Source: Acidobacteriota bacterium
Lineage (GTDB): Bacteria; Acidobacteriota; Thermoanaerobaculia; Multivoradales; UBA5704
Assembly: GCA_040005235.1 (NCBI GenBank)
Contig: JBDTZG010000026.1
Span: forward strand, 13,354-77,353
DNA: 64,000 nt
Direction: 5' to 3'
A model generated the notes under the pieces. It made no database searches. It was not told where the DNA came from and worked only from the letters and a program-made list of their open reading frames with translations. A program made the position numbers and the translations under genes. Below, in pieces: positions 39,092-48,104 of the stretch (within the stretch, counting starts at the first letter, position 1; every line of letters starts with the position of its first letter).

Positions 39092-41176
39092 TTACCCTTC
39101 GACGACCGGCGCCGGTTCCTCGGCCTTCGGCACTTCGATAATCACATCCGAGGGCCTGACCTCGAGGACCGGTTCCTCGGCCTTGGGCTCCTCGGCCACG
39201 GGTTCCGGTTTCGCTGCCGGTTCCGGGGCGGGCGGAGCGTCTTCGAGGCCGCGGGTCATCATGTCGGAGACCGCTCGGTTGAAGCGAACGACGTCCGGGA
39301 TCTCGGCGCTTTCGGCGAGTAGGCCGTAGCCGAGCAGCATCTGGGCGTAGTCCTCGATCCGCGAATCTTTCGGATCGGCATGCCACAGCCCGTGAAGGCG
39401 GGTGAGGATTGGGTGGCTCGGATTCAGCTCGACGATCCGGCGCTGCGCCGGGCCGCCGCCCTTGCCCTTTTGGAGCAGCCGTTCGAGCTGCGGGCTGTAG
39501 TCGTGCTCGGCGCCGACCAGGCAGACGGGCGAGCTGGTGAGCCGGTTGGTCAGACGCACCTGCTTGACGTGGATGTCGAGCAGCTTTTGGAGATGGTCGA
39601 GGAACGGCCGCAGGTGCTCTTCCTTGTCCTTGAGCTCCGCTTCGACCTTCTTCTGCTCGTCCTCGTTGCCCAGCTTGACCGTGCCTTTTTCCACCGACTT
39701 CAACTTCTTGCCCTGGACCTCTTGGAGCGACTGCACCAGCAGCTCGTCGACCGTGTCGGTCAGGAACAGGACTTCGATCCCCTTCGCCTTGAACGCTTCG
39801 AGGTGGGGCGAGTTCTCGACCACCTCGCGCGATTCGCCGGTCAGATAGAAGATCTCGGCCTGACCCTCCTGCATGCGGGAGATGTAGTCGGCGAACGAGG
39901 TCAGTTTTTCCTTGTCGGCCGACGACTCGAAGACCAGCAGATTGAGCAGCTTCTCTTTGTTCTCGTAATCCGAGCTGGTGCCTTCCTTCAGGCAGCGGCC
40001 GAAGTGCTTCCAGAACTTCAAGTACGTCTCGTTCTCGTTCGCCTTCATCTCCTCGAACGATTCGAGCAGCTTCTTGGTCAGCCACTTCTTCATCTGGGCG
40101 ATGTGGCGGTCCTGCTGCAGCATCTCGCGCGAGACGTTCAACTGAAGATCGGGCGAATCGACCACGCCGCGGACGAAGCGGAGGTACTGCGGCAGCAGGT
40201 CCTCGCACTTTTCCATGATCTGGATCCGCTTGACGTAGAGCTGGAGGGCCGGTTTGGACGCCACGTAGTACAGGTCGTACGGCGCCTCGGACGGGATGAA
40301 CAGCAGTGATTGGTACTCGATGCGCCCCTCGGCCTTGTACGACAGCACCTTGAGCGGCTCGTTCCAATCGTGGGCGATGTGGCGGAAGAAGTCCTTGTAC
40401 TCCTCGGCCGTCACCTCGGCCTGTGGCCGGGTCCAGATCGGCTTCATCGAGTTGAGCGTCTTGTCCTCAATCCGGACCGTCACGTCCTCGCCCATCACCT
40501 TCTTGTCGAGGTCTTCGTCGTTCTCGGCCTTGAGGACGATCGGATAGGTGACGAAGTCCGAATAGCGGCGGACCACGCGCTGGATCGCCCAGCGCTCGGC
40601 GAAGTCGTCGAGGCCGTTATCCTTGTCTTCCGGCTTCAGGTGGAGCGTGATCGTCGTTCCGTGGCCCTTCCGCTCGCCCTCTTCCAGCTGGTAGGTGCCG
40701 TCGCCGGTCGATTCCCAGCGCCAGGCCTGATCCTCGCCCGCGCGGCGGGTGACCAACACGACCTTGTCGGCGGCCATGAAGGACGAATAGAAGCCGACGC
40801 CGAACTGGCCGATCATCTCGGCGATCGCCTGCTTGGATTCGGCCGCGTCCATCTTCTCGACCATCTCGCGGGTGCCCGATTTCGCGATCGTGCCGATGTT
40901 GTTGATCAGCTCCTCGCGGTTCATGCCGATGCCGTTGTCGGCGATCGTCAAGGTGCGCGGCTCCTTGGTCGTGTCGAGGCGGATTTCGAGCTTCTCCTCG
41001 CCCAACAGCTCGGGGTGGGTGAGCGCCTCGAAGCGCAGGCGGTCGAGCGCGTCGGACGCGTTCGAGATCAGCTCGCGCAGGAAGATCTCTTTGTTCGAGT
41101 ACAGCGAGTGGATCATCAGGTCGAGCAGCTTCTTGGTCTCGGCCTGAAACTGATGGGTTTCGACAGGGGCAGCCAT
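39092..41176 (-). CDS. htpG: Molecular chaperone HtpG (Hsp90)
   Basis: YSNKEIFLRELISNASDALD, IGTIAKSGT, IGQFGVGFYS, LNVSREMLQ; GAGGAGG RBS; acidic Pro/Glu tail. Confidence 0.97.
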   Translation of the reverse strand: MAAPVETHQFQAETKKLLDLMIHSLYSNKEIFLRELISNASDALDRLRFEALTHPELLGEEKLEIRLDTTKEPRTLTIADNGIGMNREELINNIGTIAKSGTREMVEKMDAAESKQAIAEMIGQFGVGFYSSFMAADKVVLVTRRAGEDQAWRWESTGDGTYQLEEGERKGHGTTITLHLKPEDKDNGLDDFAERWAIQRVVRRYSDFVTYPIVLKAENDEDLDKKVMGEDVTVRIEDKTLNSMKPIWTRPQAEVTAEEYKDFFRHIAHDWNEPLKVLSYKAEGRIEYQSLLFIPSEAPYDLYYVASKPALQLYVKRIQIMEKCEDLLPQYLRFVRGVVDSPDLQLNVSREMLQQDRHIAQMKKWLTKKLLESFEEMKANENETYLKFWKHFGRCLKEGTSSDYENKEKLLNLLVFESSADKEKLTSFADYISRMQEGQAEIFYLTGESREVVENSPHLEAFKAKGIEVLFLTDTVDELLVQSLQEVQGKKLKSVEKGTVKLGNEDEQKKVEAELKDKEEHLRPFLDHLQKLLDIHVKQVRLTNRLTSSPVCLVGAEHDYSPQLERLLQKGKGGGPAQRRIVELNPSHPILTRLHGLWHADPKDSRIEDYAQMLLGYGLLAESAEIPDVVRFNRAVSDMMTRGLEDAPPAPEPAAKPEPVAEEPKAEEPVLEVRPSDVIIEVPKAEEPAPVVEG

Positions 41177-41433
41177 GCGGTCCTCCTCTTGCCTGACGCT
41201 CGAATTGTTGAAGTTCGGGGAGCCCGGGACGGTGAGCAACGTTCCGTCGAGGCGTACTCGACCCCAGATGTTTCCGTATTGTACCAGTGCCTCGGGAGAG
41301 TCAACCAGAGACTGCGGGATAGGGGCTAAGATTCTGCTCGCCCACCTCCAGTCTAAGCATCGAACACTCAAGATGAGCCGCTGAATTCCCAGGAAGGGGA
41401 CCGAAGGGGGCGGCGACGGCTGCTAGACTCGCG

Positions 41434-42348
41434 ATGTTGCCAGCCACCTCGCTTTCACCCGCAGACCAAGCCCTAGAAGCCGGCGCCCCGGCGGTTTGGG
41501 CTGCCCTCTCGCCGCTCGGCCGGCGGTTGTTTCAGCCGGCGAACTTCCTCCCTCAGCAGACCGCGGACGCTCGCGGCACGGCCTATAACGGCACGATCGG
41601 CCAGATCACCGATGGAGCCGGCCGGCCGCTGCCGCTAGAGCCGATGGCCGAAGCGCTCTCCGGGATGCCGCAAGCGGCGCGGAACCGGTCGTTCCTCTAC
41701 TCGCCCGTCGAGGGGATCGCCGAGGTCCGCGCCGCTTGGCGGGAACGGCAGCGGCGGGGGATTCCGGACGAGATTCCGTCCTCGCTGCCGATCGCGACTT
41801 CCGGGCGGGAGCTGGCGATCTCCGGGCTCGCGGAGATCTTCTTGGAGCCGGGACGCACGGCGCTGGTCGCTTCGCTCGATCCGGTGGCCTTCGAAGATCT
41901 GCTGACCCTCCACACCGGAGCGCGGCTCGAACCCGTAGCACTCGATGGCGAGGCACTGACGAAGGCGCTGGAGAAGCTTCGGGCGGAAGAGCCGGGCTTT
42001 CTGCTGATCTCGGGAATCGACGTGGCCGATCGATCGGACATCGTGCGCGCGCTCGAAGCGGCGGAACGCCCGCTGATCGTCATCTGCGATGCGGGGGAGG
42101 CGCTCGATCCGCGCCCCTGGTTCTGGGACCTCGCCGGCCGGGCGCCCCATCTGGTGCCTTTCCTTGTCGACGGACCGGAGGATTCGTTTCCCGGTGCCGG
42201 GCTGGCGTTCCTCACCTTGCCGTTTGCGCCCGGTTCCGCCGTGGCGATGGCGCTCGAATCGAAGGTGAAGACGCTCTTGCGCGCCGTGGTCGGCTCGCCG
42301 CCTACGCTGGTGCAGATGTTGGTGCTCGAGACGTTGCGGGCTGGCTGA
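41434..42348 (+). CDS. Degenerate class I/II aminotransferase-like protein
   Basis: YNGTIGQITDG and YSPVEGIAEVR resemble a fold-type I N-terminus; the PLP motifs look eroded. Confidence 0.6.
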   Translation: MLPATSLSPADQALEAGAPAVWAALSPLGRRLFQPANFLPQQTADARGTAYNGTIGQITDGAGRPLPLEPMAEALSGMPQAARNRSFLYSPVEGIAEVRAAWRERQRRGIPDEIPSSLPIATSGRELAISGLAEIFLEPGRTALVASLDPVAFEDLLTLHTGARLEPVALDGEALTKALEKLRAEEPGFLLISGIDVADRSDIVRALEAAERPLIVICDAGEALDPRPWFWDLAGRAPHLVPFLVDGPEDSFPGAGLAFLTLPFAPGSAVAMALESKVKTLLRAVVGSPPTLVQMLVLETLRAG

Positions 42349-42379
42349 GGTGGTGGCAGGGGCCACTGCTTCGGGATTG

Positions 42380-42408
42380 TTGACAGGCGCGCAGATTCGG
42401 GATAAGTT
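42380..42408 (+). promoter_or_regulatory. Sigma-70 promoter of the NYN locus
   Basis: TTGACA-17-TAAGTT. Confidence 0.6.
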
Positions 42409-42414
42409 GCTCCG

Positions 42415-42490
42415 CAACTTAGACGCTATGGGGCTCTGGCCCCGAGCAATTTACCTCCCCCGGGCCTGCGCAAGCACACCCGGGGTTTTT
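42415..42490 (+). ncRNA. Candidate structured small RNA / terminated leader upstream of the NYN gene
   Basis: GGGGC-TCTG-GCCCC hairpin, then CCCCGGG..TGC-GCAA-GCA..CCCGGGG (GNRA-capped stem) followed by T5. Confidence 0.5.
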
Positions 42491-42505
42491 AGTTTGGGGC
42501 TCCCC

Positions 42506-43135
42506 ATGTCAGATCGGGCGATTTTATTCATCGACGGGAACAACTGGTTCCATGCCTGTAAGCAGTGCGGCCTGAAGGCTCTGTTCGCCCTGAACTACGC
42601 CGCGATCTCCGAAAAGCTGGTGGCCCCGAGGGCGTGGGTAGGAACTCGCTATTACATCGGTGGCCTCAAACAGGAGCACAAAGGTTTCCGCGAGCAACGG
42701 CAGTTCCTCTCCCGAATTCAGAATCAAGATCCCAGGATTACCGTTCACTATGGGCGAATCGAAGAAAGGCCCAAAGCAAACGAGCTTGCGATTGCGCTCT
42801 CCAGTTACCTTGCCACCGCGACTCTCGAACCCCCTGTGAGAGCGGAACTCGAGCGGCTGGCCAACGAACATAGAAGGGTCTCCTTCCTGAAGGAGAAGGC
42901 AGCCGATGTGATGCTCGCCGTAGAGATGTACCGGTTGGCAGTTGAGGACCGCTATGAAGCGGGCTACCTGTTGTCGGCAGACGGAGACTTCACTCCTGCG
43001 ATCGAAGCGGTCCGAAACCTGGGGAAGAAAATCTACTGCGCCTCGCCCATGTTCAGCTATGCGCTCAAGAACACTGCCAACTCCTTCATCCCTCTCGCCA
43101 AGGATTGGTTTGCGGGCTGCTTCGCCTTCGAATAA
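42506..43135 (+). CDS. NYN-domain (LabA/DUF88, PIN-like) ribonuclease
   Basis: ILFIDGNN, EKAADVMLA and LLSADGDFTPAIEAVRNLGK carry the acidic catalytic residues; lower GC. Confidence 0.88.
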   Translation: MSDRAILFIDGNNWFHACKQCGLKALFALNYAAISEKLVAPRAWVGTRYYIGGLKQEHKGFREQRQFLSRIQNQDPRITVHYGRIEERPKANELAIALSSYLATATLEPPVRAELERLANEHRRVSFLKEKAADVMLAVEMYRLAVEDRYEAGYLLSADGDFTPAIEAVRNLGKKIYCASPMFSYALKNTANSFIPLAKDWFAGCFAFE

Positions 43136-43163
43136 AGGGCCGAAAAGGGCGAGGTAACCGCGC

Positions 43164-44148
43164 TCAATTCGCGGCGGGCCGCACCCCGACCGCCACGGTC
43201 GAAAGCGGCGGCAGGGTCCAGCGGAGAACCGTCCCCTCGGAGGAGACCAAGCTCGGGGCTGCTTCCCCGAACACAGGCTCGAACGTCGATTTCACTCCCA
43301 CCAGGCCCTTCGGATCGAACGTCAGCTCGCGCGGCGCGGTGCCCAAGTTCGTGGCGACCAGAATCGTCTCGTCCGCGGTTTTCTTGGCGAACGCCAGAGC
43401 GGTCTTGTCGGCAAACAGAGGAAGCCGCTCGCCGTGGGAAAGCGCCGGATGCTCGCGGCGGGCGTGGAGGATGCGGGCGGTCTTTTCGACCAGTGCGGCG
43501 TCGAGCTTGCCCCAGGGCATGGGAAGGCGCCCGGCGTCGGTGAAGCCCGCTTTCGGCCCGCCGTGGGCGAGGCCGGTTTCGGTTCCGTAATAGATCACCA
43601 TAGGCCCGGAGACGCTCGCCATGAAACCGACAGAGCTTCTCGGCATCCTGGCGCGCGGCGGTGGTCCTCGGGCGCAGGCCGTCGGGATCGCCCGCCGGCT
43701 TGTCGTAGGTGCCGGCCGCGTGGTTCAGCGGAATGTCGAGAATCGTTCGGATGCCGCGCTTGGCCAGCTCGCCGCGGAGCTTTTGGAACAGGGCGAGGGA
43801 CTCCTCGGGCTTGCCCGGGATGCCCACCGCGTCGCCGATCCGGTAATAGTTGGTGACGTCGTAGCCGTGCGAGCTGCGGGCCGCGAAGACCGGCGACAGC
43901 CAGACCGCGTTGATCCCCAGCTTTTCCAGATGGTCGAGGTGGTCGAGGATGCCTTGCAGGTCGCCGCCCGCGTAGTTGGGCTGCTTCCAGCCGGAGATTT
44001 CGCCGTCGTTCGCTCGGTTGCCGTCGGCGAACATCTCGACCGTCACGTGATAAATGATCCAGTCGTCGAAAGGCCCTGCAGGTGCGGCGCAAGGCGCGCC
44101 CAACAGGGCCGCCCCGAGGATCAACCCTAGGGTCAGGCGAGTTCTCAG
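43164..44148 (-). pseudogene. GH13 alpha-amylase-family gene with internal deletion
   Basis: IYHV...FADG, GGDLQGI, VWLSPVF, HGYD and DIPLNH are joined out of frame (~43632) to PMVIYYGTETG...RLPMPW. The catalytic D/E/D region is missing. Confidence 0.8.
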
Positions 44149-44159
44149 AGCCTCTTTCC

Positions 44160-45350
44160 TCAGATCCCTTTCGGGGGAGGCGCCGAAGTCGGGTTGACCG
44201 GGGGCGCAGGTGCCACTTCCGGTTCCGCCACACAACCGTCGGCGGTGGAATCGCCGCAGCCGGCGGGGATTACCGGAACGGTCACCGGGTCGGCGGGCTT
44301 CGCGGGATCTTCGCCTTTTGGGTCTTGGCCCTCCTTCGCGGCGGCTAGGCACTCCTCGTCGTCTTCCTCGCAGGGGGCATCGCTCTCGTCGGCGGTTACC
44401 GACTCCGCAGAATCGGCTTCAGCGTCCTCTTCCTCCGCTTCCGGTTCGTTCTCCAATACCGCGGCGGAGGGCGCCAGACTCTCGGGCAGCTCGGTGGTCT
44501 GCTCCAGGAAGCTCCAGGCTTTTGCCTGATCGAGATCGAGCACCTTCACCGAGCCGATCTCGGCCTCGGTCTGAATCTGATCGACGATCGGATCGACTTC
44601 GGCGTAGGCGGCGCGCTGCGCCTTGGGCGCGGCGGCTTTGATCGCCGCCCATTCGCCTTCGATCTCGGGCAAGGCGGCGAGCGCGTTCAGGTAGGCGTCG
44701 AGGTCGTTCGCCGAGAGGAGGGACGCCTGGGTTCGGGCACGGAAATGGGCGAGGCGGCGCGCCTCGTCGAGCTCGTGCGCGCGGCGGGCCCTGGCTTCCA
44801 GGCGGTCGATCAGGCGGGCGAGCTGCTCCTGGGCTCGGCGCACCACGTCCAGCCGGTGGGCCTCTTCGGCCGAGAGCGGCCGGTCTTGGCGGTGGCGCAC
44901 GCCCTCGGGGCCGTAGGTGCCGCGAAACACCGTCCACGAGGTCGAAAGCGTGGCGAGCCCCGTCTGCACCCCGGCGTTCGGAACCCCGATCCGCTCCCAG
45001 GCGGTACCCAGCTCGGCGATCCGGCCACCGGCCCGCGCGACGCGCGAGAACAGATCGCCGGCCGGCGGGTGGCTGGGGCCGCCCAAGCCGGCGCCGACTT
45101 CCGCGAGCGCCTGGTTGGCGCTCTGAAGCGAGGCCCAAAACGGCGCGATCCGCGCCGGCTCCGCGCCCAGGCGGGCGTCGGCCGAAGCGGCCTGCTGCAC
45201 CGAAACGAGGGAGTTGGCGGCGATCGAGATCAGCGACCGGGCCGAAACGCGCGGCGGAGCGCTCTGCGCGGCGGCGCCCGTAGCAACACCAAGCAGCAGT
45301 AGGAGCGCGAGCGAGGATCGGCCGGGAAGGAGAGGTTTTGCGATCTTCAT
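44160..45350 (-). CDS. Secreted helical hypothetical protein with acidic tail
   Basis: Signal peptide ending AAAQ; GC3 bias; acidic low-complexity C-terminus with two Cys pairs. Confidence 0.65.
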   Translation of the reverse strand: MKIAKPLLPGRSSLALLLLLGVATGAAAQSAPPRVSARSLISIAANSLVSVQQAASADARLGAEPARIAPFWASLQSANQALAEVGAGLGGPSHPPAGDLFSRVARAGGRIAELGTAWERIGVPNAGVQTGLATLSTSWTVFRGTYGPEGVRHRQDRPLSAEEAHRLDVVRRAQEQLARLIDRLEARARRAHELDEARRLAHFRARTQASLLSANDLDAYLNALAALPEIEGEWAAIKAAAPKAQRAAYAEVDPIVDQIQTEAEIGSVKVLDLDQAKAWSFLEQTTELPESLAPSAAVLENEPEAEEEDAEADSAESVTADESDAPCEEDDEECLAAAKEGQDPKGEDPAKPADPVTVPVIPAGCGDSTADGCVAEPEVAPAPPVNPTSAPPPKGI

Positions 45351-45434
45351 GGCGTCTTTTGGTTCGGAAAGTATACGAGCGCGACGGGCGCGGTGTCGGG
45401 CACGCCATCGGACACGCCATCGGGCCGGAAGACG

Positions 45435-46127
45435 CTAGTACGGGCCGCCCATCTCCAGGATCAGCGGCTTGGTCTTGGTCGCCAGGCCGACGCCGTCGCC
45501 GAGCGGCAGCACCACCGCTTCGAGCTGCGGGTGGATCATGAAATAGCCGTTGAACGACTGGATCGCCTCGATCTTCTCGTCGTCTTCGTCAGCATCCGCG
45601 TAAGTGGCGACCTCGCCGCCCCAGAGCAGATTGTCGACCACCACCAAGCCGCCCACGCGAACTTTCGGCAGCAGCAGATCGAGATAGCGGCGGTACTCGG
45701 TCTTCACCGCATCGAGGTAGACGAGGTCGAACGGTCCCTCGATCGCGCTGTTGCCGCCGAGCACGGCGAGCGCTTCGCCGTGGACCAGCTCGACCCGATC
45801 CAGTACGCCGCCCCGTTCGAGGTAACCGCGCGCCTCGGCGAGAATCTCGGCGTCGGCGTCGATCGACAGGATCTTGGCTTCGGCCGCGGCGCGCGCCAGG
45901 CAGAGCGTGCCGTAGCCGATCGAGGTACCGACCTCCAGGATGCGCCGGGCGCCGATCGAGCGGGCGAGAATCCCGAGCAGGCGGCCGACCTCGGGATCCG
46001 AGATCGGCAGCTTGCGCTCGGCGGCCACCTGCTCCATCTCGCGCCGGAGCGGATCGCGCGGCGGCAGCAGGCGATCGAGGTAGGTCGCCTGCTCCGTGCG
46101 CAGGATGGCGTCGGCGCCGTGTTTCAT
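45435..46127 (-). CDS. SAM-dependent O-methyltransferase (Methyltransf_3)
   Basis: ILEVGTSIGYG, FDLVYLDAVK, VVDNLLWGG, PLGDGV. Confidence 0.9.
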   Translation of the reverse strand: MKHGADAILRTEQATYLDRLLPPRDPLRREMEQVAAERKLPISDPEVGRLLGILARSIGARRILEVGTSIGYGTLCLARAAAEAKILSIDADAEILAEARGYLERGGVLDRVELVHGEALAVLGGNSAIEGPFDLVYLDAVKTEYRRYLDLLLPKVRVGGLVVVDNLLWGGEVATYADADEDDEKIEAIQSFNGYFMIHPQLEAVVLPLGDGVGLATKTKPLILEMGGPY

Positions 46128-46161
46128 GCGGTCGGGTCTGGGCCGGTCAAGCTTTTGCCGG

Positions 46162-47040
46162 TCAAGCCTTTGGAGACCACGCGGCGTTCTCCAAAGCGAG
46201 CGAGCGCTGGTGCGGGGAGCCCGTGACTTCGAGGTGGAAATCGGCCCGGAAGCGGATCACGCACTGGCCGCCGGCCGGCAGGTTGTCGATCGTGATCGGC
46301 ACCAAGTGGATGCCCGGGCCGGAGACATTGGTCTCCGCGCCGCCGCAACCGTTGATGATCTGCGCTGAAGGGGGGTGGGTGCCGTCCAACACCAACTTCT
46401 CGCCCGGGTTGTCGCCGGCCGGAATGCGCACCGAGAGCCAGAGCGTGCCCGGCTTGGTGATGGGGGCCAGGCGGATCGCCCCGTTGCCGGCGAGCCAGCG
46501 ACGGACGAGGGTCTGGCGATCGCCGCCGTCCTCTGCAGGAAGCCAGGTGCGGGTGAACTGGAGCTTGGTGGCCAGCTTGTCGACCGGCGGCACGTCGATC
46601 TCGCCCACCACGTATTCCTTCTTCTTCAGCTCCGTGCCCGTCGTCTCAAGCGCCCAGCGGTCGCTGCCCGGAACGTAAAGGCCCATCACCAACCGGTGCT
46701 TGCCTTCCGGCAGCGGGGTGGCGAGAGCGGTTTGGTAGAGATGGACGTTGTACGACTGCGGCGTGCCCGGTTTGAATGCCGCCGGATAGGGATGGTCGAA
46801 CGTCCGCTCGATCTCCCCCTTGTCGTCCACGATGTGGACGAACACGGTGGGACTGGCGGCGATCGCGGTAATCGGCTCCCAGGTCAGTTTGACCGCGGCG
46901 AGCTCGGGGTAAGGCAGGCGAACGGTCGAGGGCTCGATGCGCAGCCGGGCGACCGGAGGTTCGGAGCGTCCGCAGCCGGCGAGAAGGGCCAGCGGGAGCA
47001 GAGCGAGGCTAGGGAGGGTGAGGAGAAGATTCTTCTTCAT
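46162..47040 (-). CDS. Hypothetical lipoprotein
   Basis: MKK-hydrophobic-LLAGC lipobox; VFVHIVD...FDH beta domain. Confidence 0.7.
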   Translation of the reverse strand: MKKNLLLTLPSLALLPLALLAGCGRSEPPVARLRIEPSTVRLPYPELAAVKLTWEPITAIAASPTVFVHIVDDKGEIERTFDHPYPAAFKPGTPQSYNVHLYQTALATPLPEGKHRLVMGLYVPGSDRWALETTGTELKKKEYVVGEIDVPPVDKLATKLQFTRTWLPAEDGGDRQTLVRRWLAGNGAIRLAPITKPGTLWLSVRIPAGDNPGEKLVLDGTHPPSAQIINGCGGAETNVSGPGIHLVPITIDNLPAGGQCVIRFRADFHLEVTGSPHQRSLALENAAWSPKA

Positions 47041-47110
47041 GGGCCAAAGACGGTAGCTAGGCGGGGGGGCGCTGTCAAGTTGGCTCGGCCCCCTCCCGGC
47101 CCTCGATCCC

Positions 47111-47962
47111 TTACTTTCCGCCCAGCTCGACGATGCTGACCGCACCGTTGACCGTATCGATCTCGATCTCGGGGCCGCCGCCGTTCAGGGTGCCTTCGAT
47201 CCGGTTCCGCTTTTTGGCGCCCGCCACGTCCAAATCGCAGCTGACCCCGCCGTTGGTGGTCGAGGCGGAGAGATTTGCCCGAACCGAGGCGGGGAGTCGC
47301 AGGGTGATCCCGCCGTTGGTCGATTCGAGTGAGCTCTTGCCCGCCAGATCGGCGAGCTCGGCCTCGATCCGACCGTTCACCGTCGAGGCTTCGAGCGTGC
47401 CGCGGGTGTGATGGGCTTCGATGGCGCCGTTGGTCGATTCGAGCTTGAGCGTGCCGTCGGTGTCGGTTGCACTGACGCCGCCGTTGACGGTGGTCAGGCG
47501 CAGGTCGCCCTTGCCGCCCTGGAGCGTGATGCCGCCGTTGACGTTGTCGATCCGCAAGTCGGCCTCGCGGGGGATGCGCACGTGAAACTCCACTTTGATC
47601 GACTCGACTGCCCGGCCGGACAGCCAGCTGAACAGGCCGCTATGCCCGTGAGGGAATTGCGCTTCGACCTTCACCCGGTTCGGCTTGGCGTCGACGATCA
47701 CCTTCACCTGATCGAGGGTCCTGTTCGCCTCGTCCTCGCTCGGCGACTTGACGATCTTGTCGGCCCGGACCTCGACCTCGGGGCGATCCCACGCCTCGAG
47801 GGTGATCGAGCCATTGACGTTCGACAGGTCGAGCGTGCCGTTCGCCGCGAGCGGGTAGACGCCGGAAACGACTTTATGAACGGTGGCCGCCTGGGCCGGC
47901 AGGGTCGCGGCGCCGAACAGGGCGGCGCCGAGGAGCAGATTGCGGAGCTGGAGTGTGGACAT
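47111..47962 (-). CDS. DUF4097 beta-strand repeat protein
   Basis: Signal peptide; repeated (T/V)NG.I motifs; GGGPEIEIDTVNG end. Confidence 0.85.
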   Translation of the reverse strand: MSTLQLRNLLLGAALFGAATLPAQAATVHKVVSGVYPLAANGTLDLSNVNGSITLEAWDRPEVEVRADKIVKSPSEDEANRTLDQVKVIVDAKPNRVKVEAQFPHGHSGLFSWLSGRAVESIKVEFHVRIPREADLRIDNVNGGITLQGGKGDLRLTTVNGGVSATDTDGTLKLESTNGAIEAHHTRGTLEASTVNGRIEAELADLAGKSSLESTNGGITLRLPASVRANLSASTTNGGVSCDLDVAGAKKRNRIEGTLNGGGPEIEIDTVNGAVSIVELGGK

Positions 47963-48104
47963 GACCGTATCCCTCTCTGGTTTTTTCAATCTTGGGGGCT
48001 AAAGCCTACTGGAGAGCCTTACGTTCGAACCGGGCTCGAAGTTACAGTAGGCATCGGTCCAGGCGGAGAACGCCGCGGGCCGGCCGGAAGGCGGAGAAAC
48101 GAAC

